From Patescibacteria group bacterium (GTDB taxonomy: Bacteria; Patescibacteriota; Patescibacteriia; 2-01-FULL-39-33), in the NCBI GenBank assembly GCA_041671305.1, contig JBAZBX010000001.1, positions 40,821 through 104,820 of the forward strand: a stretch of DNA of 64,000 bases. The letters run 5' to 3'. Numbering within the stretch: position 1 is the stretch's first letter; every line of letters begins with the position of its first letter. Below the pieces are notes generated by a model. That model was given only the letters and a program-made list of their open reading frames with translations. It ran no database searches and had not been told where the DNA came from. Both the position numbers and the translations under genes were made by a program. Below, piece after piece: positions 9,243-17,784 of the stretch.

Positions 9243-9563
9243 ATTAAGAAAAAGAAAAAGTTTGATTCTGGCCAAAATAAAGTTCGAGCCGATTTTTTTA
9301 ATCTGGTTCTTTGGCGGTTTTATTCCGCCTCAGCCGTCCAGATGTTTAGGTCGGGCGGAAGGAGGGGTTTGGGGGGGATTCCGCCCGCCCGATCATGATT
9401 TTTGTTTAAATTCGGTTCGGATTTGTTCATAAACACCCAGCCAGTTTCGTTTTTCATTTTTTAAAACCGAATCCCAACCGTTTTTTGGCTTAAATTCAAA
9501 TTTTTTGCCTTGGTTCCGATTACAATCGGAACGCCAGAATCAAACTTTTTCTTTTTCTTTAAT
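9243..9563 (+). other. Non-coding leader made of antisense copies of the element, including an inverted attP
   Basis: 27-bp terminal IR (9246-9272/9533-9559) enclosing reverse complements of 10901-10930, 9713-9731, 7775-7892 and 10931-11005. Confidence 0.9.
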
Positions 9564-9574
9564 TCAATACAAAT

Positions 9575-11062
9575 ATGAAATACTTTCTTTATGCCCGCAA
9601 GTCGACAGACGAAGAGGATCGTCAAGTTCTTTCAATTGAAGCCCAGCTCGCGGAGTTGAAGGAGTTAGCCGCCAAAGAAAAATTGGAAATTGCGGACTCG
9701 CTCTGCGAGTCCAAAACCGCCAAAGAACCAGGCCGAAAAATTTTCGGCGGAATGCTCGCTCGGATTGAAAAAGGTGAGGCCGACGGAATTTTAGCGTGGC
9801 ACCCAGATAGATTGGCCAGAAATAGCGTTGATGGTGGAAAAATTATCTACATGGTGGATATCGGCCAGATCAAAACGCTAAAATTCCCGACTTTTTGGTT
9901 TGAGAATACTCCGCAAGGGAAATTCATGCTCAATATCGCTTTCGGCCAAAGCAAATACTATGTTGATAATTTAAGCGAAAATGTTAAACGTGGTTTCAGG
10001 CAAAAGTTAAGGCGCGGCGAATATCCCAATAAAGCGCCCATCGGCTATCTTAACGACCGAACAGCTAAAACCGTGCTCATTGATCCTCTGCGCGCCAAGC
10101 TCGTGATAAAGATGTTTAAGATGTACAACACGGGAGAATTTTCGCTTAAATTTCTTAAAGATAAGTTTTGCGATATTGGCCTGACCAGCAAGCGCGGCAA
10201 AATCCTGACTGTCGGCATGATTTCTAACATATTGAATAATCCCTTTTATTGCGGAGTATTCAAGTTTAATGGCGAAATCTACCAAGGCAAGTACGAGCCA
10301 ATTATTTCCAAGAAGCTTTTTGATGAAGTTCAGGCGGTAATGAAAAACCGAGGACGGCCGCTCGGGCAAGACAAACACGATTATGCTTTTACTGGACTTA
10401 TGAAATGCAAGTGCGGCGCCTGCATTACCGCCGAACGGCAAAAAGGCCATATCTATTATCGCTGTACGAAAAAGCTTGGAGCCTGCGACGAAAAGTATAT
10501 CCGCGAAGAAAAACTGCTGGAGCAATTCCATGGCCTTTTTCAAAAAGTTTCTTTGCCAGATGACTGGATTGACAAGATGCTCGCTAAACTCGATGAGGAA
10601 CAAAAAAGCGACATGAAGTCATCGGTAGGTCTGATTGACGAGGTAAAAACGCAAATAGGAGCCATAGAGAGCAAGCTAGATAAGTTGCTCGATGATCGAT
10701 TAGAAGGATTACTCGATAAGGACGACTATTTGCGGAAGAAGGAACAACTCATCAATCAGAAAATTGCTTTTGAGGAGAAAATCCAGTCAATCAGGCAAAC
10801 GGGAAATAATTGGCTCGAACCGATGCGGGAATTCCTTTCCGCCAATAAACAAACCAAAAAAGTCGCCAATAGCGGCGACATTCTGGAAATCCGAGCATTC
10901 ATTAAAAAAATCGGCTCGAACTTTATTTTGCAAGGCAAAAAATTTGAATTTAAGCCAAAAAACGGTTGGGATTCGGTTTTAAAAAATGAAAAACGAAACT
11001 GGCTGCGGGACCTGGAGTCGAACCAAGATAACAGCTTTCAGAGAGCTGCGTCCTACCATTAG
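9575..11062 (+). CDS. Large serine recombinase (resolvase, recombinase, zinc ribbon, coiled coil)
   Basis: YARKS catalytic Ser, DRLAR, CKCG...YYRC...C; C-terminus reads into the tRNA antisense strand. Confidence 0.95.
   Translation: MKYFLYARKSTDEEDRQVLSIEAQLAELKELAAKEKLEIADSLCESKTAKEPGRKIFGGMLARIEKGEADGILAWHPDRLARNSVDGGKIIYMVDIGQIKTLKFPTFWFENTPQGKFMLNIAFGQSKYYVDNLSENVKRGFRQKLRRGEYPNKAPIGYLNDRTAKTVLIDPLRAKLVIKMFKMYNTGEFSLKFLKDKFCDIGLTSKRGKILTVGMISNILNNPFYCGVFKFNGEIYQGKYEPIISKKLFDEVQAVMKNRGRPLGQDKHDYAFTGLMKCKCGACITAERQKGHIYYRCTKKLGACDEKYIREEKLLEQFHGLFQKVSLPDDWIDKMLAKLDEEQKSDMKSSVGLIDEVKTQIGAIESKLDKLLDDRLEGLLDKDDYLRKKEQLINQKIAFEEKIQSIRQTGNNWLEPMREFLSANKQTKKVANSGDILEIRAFIKKIGSNFILQGKKFEFKPKNGWDSVLKNEKRNWLRDLESNQDNSFQRAASYH
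10931..11005. repeat. Right arm; exact inverted repeat of 9438-9512 (75 bp)
   Basis: Compared by eye base for base. Confidence 0.95.
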
Positions 11063-11073
11063 ACGATCCCGCA
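11000..11073 (-). tRNA. tRNA-Gln (anticodon CTG)
   Basis: TGCGGGA acceptor stem, CAGCT-CTCTGAA-AGCTG anticodon arm, GGTTCGACTCC T-arm, encoded CCA. Confidence 0.95.
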
Positions 11074-11078
11074 TTATA

Positions 11079-11332
11079 TTAATTCATTAATCTTCTTTTT
11101 AAATATGCTCTTCCAAAACCAGTCTTAAGCTGTTTTTCCCTTTCAATTCAATAGCGTTTTGTTTACTTAAACACGCCTCATAATATACCAACTCGAGTGG
11201 TTGCCTTTCCTTTGTTGAATTTACTTGTCCACTATTATGCAAATAAATCCTTTTTCTTAAATCTTGAGTAAATCCAATATAATATCTTTCATCCGCCAAA
11301 CTCTTTAACACATAAGTGTAATAAAATTGCAT
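11079..11332 (-). pseudogene. GIY-YIG nuclease frameshifted by a 5-bp tandem duplication
   Basis: YTYVLKS...YYIGFT...R; removing one TTCAA at 11142-11151 restores IEREKQLKTGFGRAYLKRRLMN. Confidence 0.8.
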
Positions 11333-11360
11333 ATATCTATTAAACCTATCCATTGGACGA

Positions 11361-11396
11361 CCCGCCTGCAACGCTTTGCGTAGCAATGCGGGCAGG
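11361..11396. repeat. 36-bp REP-like imperfect palindrome
   Basis: CCCGCCTGCAACGCTTTGCGTAGCAATGCGGGCAGG. Confidence 0.7.
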
Positions 11397-11477
11397 TCCC
11401 GCAAAATAATTTAATCCAAAAAAGCACTATAGTGCTTTCTATAAATTAACAAAAAATAGCAAAAAAATCAAGTGAGA

Positions 11478-13244
11478 TTAGAACATCCCTATCACATCAG
11501 CCACAACATCTGTAGGCACCGATGGTTTGGTTACTACAACATCAGCTTCAGCTTTGGATTTAAACATGGCAGGATCCGCACCAAATACTGGGCGATCCAC
11601 TTTCTCTTTCAACTCCGGAATAACCAAATCCTCCTGAACCACTCCTCTAATGCTTACTGGCGCCGATATGGCCTCAGATATCACATCCTCAACCACCTTG
11701 CGATTACTCGCGCATTCCAGCCTATCTTTGTAAAACTGGCTTTTGACGGCAATTTCCAAAACATTATCCTTGGCGCTAAGCGGCTGACTAATCCTAAGTA
11801 AAGATGACAAAGTAAAATTTTTCTCAAACAACTTTTCAGAAATCTGCACCCAATTTTCTTTTACTTTATTTAAATCTATCGGGGTTTTTGTTTTTTGTTT
11901 GTTTTCGTCATCTGACATCTTAATTTCTGAAACCTCTTCCATAATCTCATCTTCTTTCTTTAATTCTTCCGCCACTTCCTCAACCTTAGTCTTTTCAATC
12001 TTCTCAGCTTCTTGAATCCGATTTAAATTTTGAATTTTCTCCTTAGCTTTATCAAAAACCTCTTTTGGAGGTGTAGGCTCAGCACACTTGGCATCTTCTC
12101 TCATAACTACTCCCCTGCCAGTACTAGCCGGATTAATATCTCTATTCTCACACACTACATTTTTATCAAATTGAATAACCGCCATCTCCAAAGGAAATTG
12201 CACGATAGTGGCGCTTTTTAATTCTTGAGCTTTTTCCATGAACAATTCAATAATGGAAATTAATTTTTCATAAGTAAATACTTCTGCTAATTTTTCAGCA
12301 GACTTCTGACTATCTTCATCAAGCTCAATACCAAAGTCATTCAAATTATAATTAACCTTGAGAAGCAAAATCTTTCTGAGAAATTCTATAAGTCCATCTG
12401 CAAAAACCTGTAAATCCACACCGTCTTCCACTAATTTATTTATCAATTCAATAGCGGCAGTTGGATTTTTCTCACCCAAAAAACTCAAAAAGTCAGTGAT
12501 GCTTTTGAAATCCGTACGAGGCAGAACCAATTCCGCCGAATCCATATCTATATCATCGCCGAGAGTAAGAATTTTTCCCAAAAGACTTTCGGCATCACGA
12601 ACGCAACCCTCACTGTGTGTCACAATATTTTTGAGTACATCTTCTGTTACTTTTTTACCTTCTGATTTTACTACCAATTTGAGCAAATCAAGCATTTCTG
12701 CCATGGAAACTTTTTTGAAATCAAATCTTTGGCAACGAGAAATAATAGTCTGTGGCAGCTTGTGCGTTTCTGTAGTGCAGAGAATGAATATCACGTGAGC
12801 CGGCGGCTCTTCCAATGTCTTGAGCAAGGCATTAAAAGCCGCCGTAGAAAGCATGTGTACCTCATCAATAATAAATACCTTGTATTTGCTTTTGGTGGGT
12901 GTAAATCTGGCATTCTCAATAATATTTTCTCTGACATTATCCACACCGGTATGAGATGCCGCATCAATCTCAATCGTATCCACAGAACTGCTATTTATCA
13001 CATCCAAGCACGAAGAACACTCATTGCATGGCTCGCTCTCCCCTTCTTTGCGATTTTCGCAGTTTATCGCCTTGGCAAAAAGCCTAGCCGAAGTCGTCTT
13101 GCCCAAGCCTCTTGGCCCGCAAAAAAGATAAGCATGGCCGATTTCGCCAAGCTCTATTTCATTTTGCAAAGTGATTTTGATGTGATTTTGGCCAATCAAA
13201 TCTTTGAAAGTCTGAGGCCTGTATTTACGATATAATGCGGACAT
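11478..13244 (-). CDS. dnaX: DNA polymerase III subunit gamma/tau
   Basis: LYRKYRPQTF, GPRGLGKT, IIDEVHML, SRCQRF. Confidence 0.97.
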   Translation of the reverse strand: MSALYRKYRPQTFKDLIGQNHIKITLQNEIELGEIGHAYLFCGPRGLGKTTSARLFAKAINCENRKEGESEPCNECSSCLDVINSSSVDTIEIDAASHTGVDNVRENIIENARFTPTKSKYKVFIIDEVHMLSTAAFNALLKTLEEPPAHVIFILCTTETHKLPQTIISRCQRFDFKKVSMAEMLDLLKLVVKSEGKKVTEDVLKNIVTHSEGCVRDAESLLGKILTLGDDIDMDSAELVLPRTDFKSITDFLSFLGEKNPTAAIELINKLVEDGVDLQVFADGLIEFLRKILLLKVNYNLNDFGIELDEDSQKSAEKLAEVFTYEKLISIIELFMEKAQELKSATIVQFPLEMAVIQFDKNVVCENRDINPASTGRGVVMREDAKCAEPTPPKEVFDKAKEKIQNLNRIQEAEKIEKTKVEEVAEELKKEDEIMEEVSEIKMSDDENKQKTKTPIDLNKVKENWVQISEKLFEKNFTLSSLLRISQPLSAKDNVLEIAVKSQFYKDRLECASNRKVVEDVISEAISAPVSIRGVVQEDLVIPELKEKVDRPVFGADPAMFKSKAEADVVVTKPSVPTDVVADVIGMF

Positions 13245-13329
13245 CTATGATACGTGAGTTGTTTATAAGTCATTCATATTTTACTAAGATTAAGACGATA
13301 AGTCAAAAATGCAAAACAACATAATATTG

Positions 13330-13508
13330 AAGCAAGATTGGGGGTTTGGGGGAAGCACCTTTCGCCAAAGCGCGAGTGTAAGCCGAACCTCAGCCAGCAG
13401 GATGAGGTGAGCGAAACGAAGCGCGACTAAGCAAGATAAAAAACACTCCGAGCATAAGGCGAAATTGCGTCCCCCAAAACCTTTGGTTCTTTCAGTTATG
13501 AAAGAACA
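13330..13508 (+). repeat. Structured intergenic repeat (MITE/ncRNA-like), copy 1
   Basis: Near-identical to 23769-23946. Confidence 0.9.
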
Positions 13509-13594
13509 TAAATTAAACTTTTTTAAAAAATGGGTTGAATATAAGAGAAATTATCCAAAATTAGATAAAATATAGGATTAATACTTCCTATCTA

Positions 13595-13623
13595 TTGACA
13601 AAAGTACAAATATATACTATATT
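13595..13623 (+). promoter_or_regulatory. Sigma70-type promoter
   Basis: TTGACA-17-TATATT. Confidence 0.65.
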
Positions 13624-13638
13624 ATAGGGTCACAATGA

Positions 13639-14085
13639 GTGACGGAAGCACATCACAACCAAAAAGGAGCATTGACTGTCATGAGAATAATCATGAATAC
13701 CAACTTCGGGGACAGAGAATATGGCCCGGAACAAGACAAGGAGGCCTCTTTCCGACTAGTCCTCGCGACGATGACCTGGATATGGACACGATTCCTGCCG
13801 TTGGCCATGGAATTGGAATACATGAAAGAAGCGAAGGTGCATTCCTTGACATTCTCAATTCCCAGCTTTGAACCTTCGGGCATTCTTCTGACAATTGTTT
13901 TTACGAAGCATGGTAAAAAGCGGCATAGACACAAAGCTTTCAAATTGGATATTGACCAAAATGGCTTGGCGAAACTGGAGGTTCCCAAAAATCCGACACC
14001 GCCCACAACTGCCATATGGTCAGATCCGATGACACCCGAACAATTGATTGAGTCGATCAAGGCAACAATGGAGATTACGGTATGA
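13639..14085 (+). CDS. Orphan hypothetical protein (start may be 13681, after AAGGAG)
   Basis: ORF behind the promoter; ATGA overlap with the next ORF. Confidence 0.65.
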   Translation: MTEAHHNQKGALTVMRIIMNTNFGDREYGPEQDKEASFRLVLATMTWIWTRFLPLAMELEYMKEAKVHSLTFSIPSFEPSGILLTIVFTKHGKKRHRHKAFKLDIDQNGLAKLEVPKNPTPPTTAIWSDPMTPEQLIESIKATMEITV

Positions 14086-14552
14086 AGACATTTTTCTCTG
14101 TTAAGGCTGTGGATCTGGACAATGACCGCCTCTCCAGCCTAATGGCGTTCTGCCTTTGGCTCCAAGGCGAGTTTAACCAACTCCTCTCCGACAGTCTTGG
14201 CGATGCCTGTGACATAATGCGTTGGACGATTAAATATTCCTCCAAGGGATTTATTGAGGCGTTCGCCGAATTTACACACGATGGTGAACGCCAGGGTGGA
14301 TTATGGACACAATATCCTGGAACGGCCCGATGCCTGCTAAGGTACACCGATCCCGAGATTGAAGTCTATACCCATCTGCTTTTCTGCGGAGAAGGCATCG
14401 GATGGAAGGATAACGGTATTTCAGATCTCGTTTCACGTGACCCCACCGAGATTGTGAAGGTACTCTCCGACGCCATAACACAAGGTATTCTGGAGGATCG
14501 TCGTTACAACGAACTCCATAAAGACGATATTGTTGAATTTGAAGGTGTGTAA
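14082..14552 (+). CDS. Orphan hypothetical protein
   Basis: GGAG SD; translationally coupled to the previous ORF. Confidence 0.65.
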   Translation: MKTFFSVKAVDLDNDRLSSLMAFCLWLQGEFNQLLSDSLGDACDIMRWTIKYSSKGFIEAFAEFTHDGERQGGLWTQYPGTARCLLRYTDPEIEVYTHLLFCGEGIGWKDNGISDLVSRDPTEIVKVLSDAITQGILEDRRYNELHKDDIVEFEGV

Positions 14553-14647
14553 TGCGACCTTCACCAACCGGCAGAAGCACGATCGCCATCGTGACTTTCT
14601 GCCCCCAACTGAATTTACAAATTCTCATTTGCAACTTCTGAGGGTTA

Positions 14648-14682
14648 TAAACAAAAGACGGAATAATTCCGTCTTTTGTTTT
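14648..14682. terminator. Bidirectional terminator
   Basis: AAACAAAAGACGGAA-TAA-TTCCGTCTTTTGTTT. Confidence 0.85.
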
Positions 14683-14704
14683 AAATTAAAAATTAAAAAT
14701 TAAC

Positions 14705-17248
14705 TCAGAATTTCGGCCTAGCCGGCATACCCATTTGCCCAATCCTGGATCTCTCCACAATTTCCCTGACTACAATTTTGCGATCACGTCCAAACTTGAG
14801 ACGCGACAATTCTTTGAGTGGCGCTACGATGCCTTTATCGGCCTGGAAATAATCCTTGAAATTATAAATCTTCATATTGAATGGATCGGAAGCGGCATTA
14901 TCAATTAAGAGACGCAGATAAACTGAGAATTTCTCCGTATTCATCACATCATATTCACTCACTTGCGGACCAAGCTGTTTGGCGATAGTCTCGGCATCAT
15001 CCACGCCGATTCTATATGCCGCCACAGTACCCACATTACCAAAAATAGCATCCCTTACCCTGGTGTCATTGTTCTGCACCAGTTGCGCTATGAATTGATG
15101 ACCCATGATCAAATTAAGTTTGTATTTTCTCGCTTCGGACAAAATAATAGAAATACTGTCGGTAATGAAATTTTGAAACTCATCAATGTAGAGATAGAAA
15201 TCATTTCTTTGATCCTCCGGCAAATCAGCGCGTCCCAAAGCCGCCATCTGCAACTTGGATACCGCAATTAAACCAAGTAAGTTGCTATTGGTCTCACCAA
15301 TTTTTCCTTTGCATAAATTCATGAGCAATATTTTGCCTTCATCCATGACCTGTCTGAAATTAATTCCTGATCTGGATTGGCCGATGATATTTCTCATCAA
15401 TTCATTTTCCACAAAACGTCCTGTTTTGGAAATAACATAGGAAAGCATATCGGATCCCGTAGAGCCTTTTTGCGAAGCCGGATATTCCCTTTCCCAGAAA
15501 TCCTTTACCAAAATATCGGTGACGTGCTCTAATTTTTGCTTGCGATAAGTTTCATCAGTAAAAATACGCGCCAATTCCACCAAAGTTCCAGGATCATCCT
15601 GATCGGCCATAAGTGCCAGAAGCGCGTTCCTCATATAATGCTCAAACATAGGTCCTGCCATGGCCGGATCCGGCAATAATTTGTAGAAAATATTAATCAT
15701 TTCCTGAGCCGCCATATCCATTTCATACGGCGTGTGCGCCTCTAGCATATTGAGCCCCATAGGTCTTTCCATGTCCGAAGGATCAAAAATTATCACATCA
15801 TCAAGACGATTTTTCGGGATATAAGGCAAAATGTCTTCCACAAAACTGCCATGCGGATCCACGATACAAACGCCCTTGCCGGCCGCAATATCCTGCAAAG
15901 CCATATGCGACATGAAATAACTTTTACCGGTACCGGTCATACCGACGATATACATATGTCTTCTCCTATCTTCATCCTTGATACGAACGATGTGTTTCAT
16001 GCCCCTGAAATCGTTTTCACCCAGGACAATTCCTGTTGCAGGCATATTTACCGGAGGCGCCAATCTTTTGGCTTGAAGCCACTTGATGCGAGGCACTTCC
16101 GTGTTGGGATATGGCAAGTGCCACAAGGAAGCCATTTCTTCAGAATTCAAAACGCAATAATTACTCTCATCAAAATTACGATAAATAAAATCTTGGATTA
16201 ATTTATTGCCTGAACCCTTGAGTACCGCCTTGAACGAGTTGGCATATTGATAACTGGAATATTGCGAAAAAGCGTTGGCTATGTGCCTCAGCACATCCTT
16301 GGCGAGATTTTCCACTGGCGCAAAAGTAATTATCCTAATATTTACATCCAATCCTGATTTAGCGGCTTTTTCTTCAATAAATTTAACCATCTGCTCTTCC
16401 ATGGGCGATAATTTATAAAGCTCTGGCGGTTTGCTGTCATCTTTTTTGGTAGAAGTCGGCAACCAATCTGACGGCTTGCCCAAAGTCTTGGAGAGTGCCG
16501 TAGAAGATGCCGAGGACATGGCGTCCTTCAATTTCTTACCCTGTTGCATTTCCGAAGCCACTTTGACACCTCTCTTTCTCCAATTAGGAGAAGCCGAACG
16601 CATGACAAATTGTATGGCCACCGTATGTCCCGGAGGCAATTTGGACAAAGTGCTCAGTATTCCCAGAATCGGATCCGTCTCCATTTGTTTGTAAGTCAAA
16701 ATAGGAAACATGGATTGCTTGGCTAACTTCAAATATCCGCCAGCCACATATCCTTGCTGATTAAAAATATTATAATCCTCCACTTCCTCAATCTGACAAT
16801 GCGGGAACTGTGACAGAATCTGCTGTTTGATATAATTTTCCAGATAAACAGGCACCGCCATATAGAAAGTGATAAGCCCATCAGAGCCAACCACCATCTC
16901 AAAAGACCAGCAGTCATAACGCCCAAAAAGCCAAGTCTTGAATCCTTTGTGAGGCATCAAACCGCCCAAACTGGCATAAAAGTTTTCCACACCGGCAAGC
17001 AATTCTTTGATATTTTTCACCTTATTCTCGTCATTTTTATCCAAATCAAATTCAGGAACAGTCAACATAAATATCTTTTTCTCAAAAATTGCCGGGTACA
17101 GCTTGTGTGAGGACAAAATTTTACGCAAAATAAAAACCAGGATAACCGCCGCCACGATAACGAAGATTATGATAAATAACCAAAAGATAATCTGATTCAG
17201 CAATGCTGATGAGATAATTTGTTCGTCAATAGGAATATTTAATTCCAT
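14705..17248 (-). CDS. Membrane-anchored VirD4/TraG/HerA-like ATPase
   Basis: N-terminal TM, RHMYIVGMTGTGKS Walker A, VDPHG, YIDEFQNF, SEARKYKL. Confidence 0.85.
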   Translation of the reverse strand: MELNIPIDEQIISSALLNQIIFWLFIIIFVIVAAVILVFILRKILSSHKLYPAIFEKKIFMLTVPEFDLDKNDENKVKNIKELLAGVENFYASLGGLMPHKGFKTWLFGRYDCWSFEMVVGSDGLITFYMAVPVYLENYIKQQILSQFPHCQIEEVEDYNIFNQQGYVAGGYLKLAKQSMFPILTYKQMETDPILGILSTLSKLPPGHTVAIQFVMRSASPNWRKRGVKVASEMQQGKKLKDAMSSASSTALSKTLGKPSDWLPTSTKKDDSKPPELYKLSPMEEQMVKFIEEKAAKSGLDVNIRIITFAPVENLAKDVLRHIANAFSQYSSYQYANSFKAVLKGSGNKLIQDFIYRNFDESNYCVLNSEEMASLWHLPYPNTEVPRIKWLQAKRLAPPVNMPATGIVLGENDFRGMKHIVRIKDEDRRRHMYIVGMTGTGKSYFMSHMALQDIAAGKGVCIVDPHGSFVEDILPYIPKNRLDDVIIFDPSDMERPMGLNMLEAHTPYEMDMAAQEMINIFYKLLPDPAMAGPMFEHYMRNALLALMADQDDPGTLVELARIFTDETYRKQKLEHVTDILVKDFWEREYPASQKGSTGSDMLSYVISKTGRFVENELMRNIIGQSRSGINFRQVMDEGKILLMNLCKGKIGETNSNLLGLIAVSKLQMAALGRADLPEDQRNDFYLYIDEFQNFITDSISIILSEARKYKLNLIMGHQFIAQLVQNNDTRVRDAIFGNVGTVAAYRIGVDDAETIAKQLGPQVSEYDVMNTEKFSVYLRLLIDNAASDPFNMKIYNFKDYFQADKGIVAPLKELSRLKFGRDRKIVVREIVERSRIGQMGMPARPKF

Positions 17249-17730
17249 AGATTGTTTTGATTTTTTTCCTCTTTGGCTTGCGCCAAAATTTTATCGGTTT
17301 TAATTTTTGCCGTTTGCTCCAGAAAAAACTTATTGATTCCTGGAATCATTTTGAGCCAATCTTTGATCAGCTGGAAAATCTTTTTAATTTTAATTTTGGG
17401 CTGATGCATGAGCCTGATAATCAAATTTGTGGCTTCCTCGCCCTTAACCTTGAATTTTTGCTGTTCAATAGGCATCATTTTGACATACATGTCCTCCAAA
17501 CCTTCTTCAAGTATAAATTCCACTTTCTTAAATTCTTGTTCTTGTGGCGTAAGAGGAGCCGGAGGCGCAGAAAAATGCTGAGGCAATTCCATACCCACAG
17601 TCTCTTCGGCCTGCTCTCTGGAACCGCCGATCTCATGCATGCCTTCTGGACGAAAATTACTTTCACCGCTATCGGGCACTTCCGGCGTTGGCAACTGCTC
17701 AATTATTTTTTCTGGATTTGGATTAACCAT
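17239..17730 (-). CDS. Hypothetical protein coupled to the ATPase gene
   Basis: 163-aa ORF overlapping the ATPase start. Confidence 0.75.
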   Translation of the reverse strand: MVNPNPEKIIEQLPTPEVPDSGESNFRPEGMHEIGGSREQAEETVGMELPQHFSAPPAPLTPQEQEFKKVEFILEEGLEDMYVKMMPIEQQKFKVKGEEATNLIIRLMHQPKIKIKKIFQLIKDWLKMIPGINKFFLEQTAKIKTDKILAQAKEEKNQNNLWN

Positions 17731-17784
17731 TTTTTATTTCTGAAAGTTATTAACATTAATATTATAGCATAAAATAATTATTTA

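Larger units (their letters stand above)
7775..11005 (+). mobile_element. Serine-recombinase integrative mini-element at the tRNA-Gln 3' end
   Basis: TGGCTG direct repeat at 7775-7780 and 11000-11005; contains cargo, XRE regulator and recombinase; junction supported by the internal inverted copy. Confidence 0.85.

Noticed and set aside
9326-9512. Simple assembly chimera explaining the inverted repeats
   Set aside because: Not excluded without reads, but short permuted matches abutting local hairpins are unlikely from misassembly
9243-9563. CRISPR array or DGR template repeat
   Set aside because: No repeat-spacer periodicity, no cas or reverse transcriptase gene, and the copies are inverted and exact rather than adenine-mutated
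7775-11005. Prophage, ICE or IS interpretation of the element
   Set aside because: No structural, replication, relaxase or transposase genes; only XRE, one cargo gene and the recombinase
14705-17248. Conjugative element marked by the VirD4-like ATPase
   Set aside because: No relaxase, other T4SS genes or boundaries nearby; the context is chromosomal
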